This document shows positions 60,360-64,000 of a stretch of 64,000 nucleotides of DNA, piece by piece. Positions within the stretch are counted from its first letter, which is position 1. Each line of letters opens with the position of its first letter. Source of the stretch: Malacoraja senta (lineage: Eukaryota); assembly GCA_038087875.1 (NCBI GenBank), contig CM075995.1, positions 932,001-996,000 of the forward strand. Direction: 5' to 3'. The notes below the pieces were generated by a model, which was not told the DNA's origin, did not search any database, and worked only from the letters and a program-made list of their open reading frames with translations. The position numbers and the translations under genes were made by a program.

Positions 60360-61720
60360 AAACAAGGATACACTACTGGGAGCCGAGAATGGCGAACATC
60401 TTAAAAACAGAGAATTGTAAACACCCACTGGAGGAACATTTAAAACAAAACCCTCATCACAAATTTGTCGTTGACATGAGGACTCTTGACCCCATCCTAC
60501 TACAGTTTATTTTGTCCAGTCTGACCAACCCTCATGACCAACAAGCTATGTCCAACCTAAAAAAATACAAGGCTTTGGGAGCAGATGGTATCATAGCTGC
60601 AGTTCTAAAATTTGGTGGTTAAGCCACCACAATCAGTCACAAATCCACAATCTCATTGTCCACAACTGGAAAGAGGAAGATAGATCGGTCCCCCCAGTGA
60701 TGCTTTTGTCATGATCATCTACAAGAAAGGATCAAAGTCCAATATATTAACCGTAGTCTGGTCTTCCATCTCATCCACCTCCAATCAGCCGCTCATCAGC
60801 TGCACCCCAAATCTCAAATCTATCGATCAAGAGGCACAGTGGACATCTCTTTTACCAGGCAGAAGACTCATGCAGCTGTGGAGCAGTACAGACAATGTCC
60901 CACCTACTGGAGTGTGATGACGCCCCCAGGACCTGGCTGAACCGACTCGACCAGCTGTGACCTGCGCCAGATACTGGCAGAACGACATCTGAGATTGCAA
61001 CGGACTCGAAGAAGAAGATCTCTTTTACTATTCATATTCATTTTCAGAACTGGGCATTCTTGACATGATTGGCATGAAATGCCCATTCAGGCCGGTCTTT
61101 CAGGGCTGTCACGGTGGCGCAGAGGGCGGTCACGGTAGAGTTGTTGCAGTTCGATCCCGACTATGGGTGCTGTCTGTACGGAGTTTGAATGTTCTCCCCG
61201 TGACCTGCGTGGGTTTCTCCGAGATCTTCGGTTTCCTCCCACACTCCAAAGATATACAGGTTTATAGGTTCATTGGCTTGGTAAAGGTAAAAATTGTCCC
61301 TAGTGGGTGTAGGATAGTGTTAATGTGTGGGGATCGCTGGTCAGCACGGAGCCAGTGGGCCGAAGGGCCTGTTTCCGCGCTGTATCCCTAAACTAAACTA
61401 AACTACCAACCAGGAGGAATTGCTGAGTACTCTCCTCAAGTGCAGCTGCCTACAGAATTTCATCCCTTTCTTACGTTTGCTTCATAATGGTTTGCATGTC
61501 GTGATCCTAACCAGGTTGTCAACAGAAGACCCAATCTCAGTGAAGGTCATTATCCAAAAAAAGTTGCCTCATCTACCCAATGGTTTTGTTCCTGTCCACC
61601 AAGAGTGCAGGAGTCTTCAGAAGTTACAGAAGGTGTTCAAGGAACAACCACTCCAGAACTAAAGTCACACAAACCTCTGGGGTCATGCTGAGAATGAAGA
61701 TGTTGCTTGCACATGCACAT
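60360..61720 (+). mobile_element. Highly degenerate RTE-clade LINE remnants, interrupted by a SINE (related 3' remnant at about 16330-16860, minus strand)
   Basis: KALGADGIIAAVLKFGG, IIYKKG and LLKCSCLQNFI..RLLHNG resemble RTE RT motifs. Confidence 0.6.
61084..61403 (+). mobile_element. tRNA-derived SINE with a rearranged head
   Basis: Duplicated GTCACGGT head and deleted anticodon region. Confidence 0.8.
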
Positions 61721-62740
61721 TTATTCAGTAATGAGACCATCAGGGGCGCCGGGGGCGATGGATGCTCCGCCGGCAGTCTGTTCGTTTTTTCATTCTTTTT
61801 GTTATTTTTAGTGTTGTTAAAAGTTTGTTTTAATGTTCTTCAGTTTGTTTTATATGGGGGAGGGGGGAGGGGATCGGGGGAAACTTTTTTTTCAAGTTCT
61901 TACCTTGCTGGAGATGTGATTAATTTTCGGATCAGATTCTCCGGCGTGCTCTGCGACCTTCCATCGATGGAGCTTGAAGCCTCCTCGGACTGACTTTGAG
62001 CCCTATCGCGGGGCATGGACTTAACATCAGAGCTGATCCCTTGCCTGGGATTGCTCCCACCGCGGACTTTAACATCAAGAGCTCGCAGTCTCGGGAGAGG
62101 CCGAGTCGGGAGCTCCAATGTCGCGGAAGGTTCGACCAGCCCCGACGCGAGGTTCGATCGTCCAGTGCGGAGGAGCTGATATCCCCCCGATGCGGGAGCT
62201 GATCGCCTCGACATGGAGGGCCGGATCGCCACCGGCTACGGGAGTCAAGATCATCCCGTCAACGGGGGCTCGAGGCCCACGACCGAGGAAGAACTAAGGA
62301 AAGGGACTTGAACTTTATTTCGCCTTCCATCACAGTGAGGAATGTGTAGGAGTCACTGTGGTGGATGTTCATGTTAAAATGTGTTTTTGAGTGATCTGTT
62401 GCTTTTAATTGTATGACCTGGCCAATGAAATTCCTCGTATGTTGCAAAACATACTTGGCGAATAAAGTGTGATTCTGATTCTGATTCGGAGAAGGTTGAG
62501 AATCGTGGCTGTTCTCAAACCCTTATTTAATCCAACATGGAGAAAAGCCACCTCTACTTCCTCAGACGACCAGGTACATTTGGTATGTTTACAATGAGTC
62601 TCACCAACTTCTACAGATGCACGGCAGAAACCGGTGCATGTATTGGGAATACCGCAAGAAATTGCAGAGTTGTTGATGTAGCCTAGTCCATCACACAAAC
62701 TCATCATGAGCAGAGCCGTCTGGAGCGCGTGACGTCATTT

Positions 62741-62996
62741 GAAGATAGACACAAAATGCAGGAGTAACTCAGCGCGACCGGCAGCATCTCTGGAGAGAAG
62801 GAATGGATGATGTTTCGGGTCGAGACTTTTCTTCAGTCTGAAGAAGGGTCTCGACCCAAAATGTCACCCATTGATGTTTCGGGTCGAGACTCTTCTTCAG
62901 TCTGAAGAAGGATCTCGACCCGAAATGTCACCCATTGCTTCTCTCCAGAGATACTGCCGGTCCCCCTGAGTTACTCCTGCATTTTGTGTCTATCTC
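62741..62996. mobile_element. Palindromic Penelope-derived mini-element with a duplicated 64-bp core
   Basis: Inverted arms; the central palindromic unit is repeated at about 62808-62871 and 62872-62935. Confidence 0.8.
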
Positions 62997-63131
62997 CAAT
63001 CGCCTTGGCCCCGCTCTGGGAGTATGAGTGGGGGCGGATCCGGATCCGCAACGGCCGTGAGCCCCAGGCCGAGCTCGGCGATCGCTTGCCTGCTTCTCCT
63101 GCTGTTGGAGGTGAGACGTTGCGCTACGCCA

Positions 63132-63331
63132 GGGTGTCCCACTTGGCCGTCATTTACGCGACAGGCCGGTGGTGCGCGAAGATTTCGTGCAGAACGAAAT
63201 CCTGGAGCGCTGCGCGATACCGAGCGCAACTCCACACTCCTCTACGCCGCTCCATGCGCCCGTCCCGCGCTACCCACATGCTACCAGGTCGCGTAAATGG
63301 TGCGCAGATGATGGCCAAGTGGGACTGGCCC
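63132..63331. mobile_element. PIF/Harbinger-type MITE
   Basis: GTCCCACTTGGCCGTCAT ... ATGATGGCCAAGTGGGACTGGCCCT inverted ends. Confidence 0.7.
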
Positions 63332-64000
63332 TTAGGTGACCCGTTTGTGGTTGCTTGAGAATACAAGAATAAAATTTAATGAAATGAAAGGCCCATGTAA
63401 AGTCTCATCTAGAAACCACCACAGGAAACATCACAGCTCTCTCACGGTATCACACATAATGCAGCCTAAATATTGTGTGGCTTAGATAACAATCATTTTC
63501 ATGCGAAGGCAGCAAATAACTCAGAAATTCCAGATTTATGCCCTGAGCAGCTGAAAGATAATGGGGAATTGTGCAGCATTGGTTGGAACTGGGAGGATTT
63601 GGGATTCTGATGGGGTTGAAGGACAGAAGATGGTCGCAGGGAGAAAGTAACCATGCTGCACCTCTAGGATGGGAATTATAAATGTTACCCAGATATACAG
63701 ATGCCCAACACAGTGTTATTTGCTGCCTACCTCAAATCATTAAAACCAAAGGGAGCTCTTCATATCTAACAATGACAATTTCTACTCACACAATAAGCAG
63801 TGCACAGATCCCAACAGTGTCACCTACACATTTGCACAACCAATATTTTCTAAAAGTTTTTTAGAAAGCTTTTGAAATCTTAAAATTAAGAGTCAACTTC
63901 AAATGTACAGAAGGCATATTTTTAAGATCATAAATTGAATTATATATAAATATTATATTGATTAAAAAATCTTACCAACATACTGGCTGTGTTTAAAAAA

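Noticed and set aside
63971..64000. Minus-strand gtaag donor at the window edge
   Set aside because: Only 25 nt of putative exon is visible; it cannot be assigned

Overview
Vertebrate genomic DNA, most likely from a cartilaginous fish (skate or ray; inferred from the repeat landscape, not checked). The window holds 11 consecutive minus-strand coding exons of the pro-epidermal growth factor gene egf (homologues of exons 2-12, 37685->2914; 1678 nt). They splice in one open frame with GT-AG boundaries and encode YWTD beta-propeller 1, four EGF-like repeats and the start of propeller 2. The signal-peptide exon was not found and the 3' exons lie beyond the left edge. EGF-repeat 1 is shortened, and a decayed calcium-binding EGF exon sits upstream of exon 2. 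Introns and flanks are rich in transposable elements: a structurally complete but decayed DIRS1-type tyrosine-recombinase retrotransposon (ITRs plus ICR) carrying a nested Penelope GIY-YIG insert; many palindromic Penelope-derived mini-elements with minimal hammerhead-ribozyme cores; PIF/Harbinger MITEs with TAA TSDs; a hAT MITE inside an RTE-derived element; tRNA-derived V-SINE-like SINEs; and CR1, L2, Rex1 and RTE LINE fragments. A recent tandem duplication spans about 46.8-53.1 kb. Family assignments and comparisons with human EGF come from recalled motifs, not database searches.
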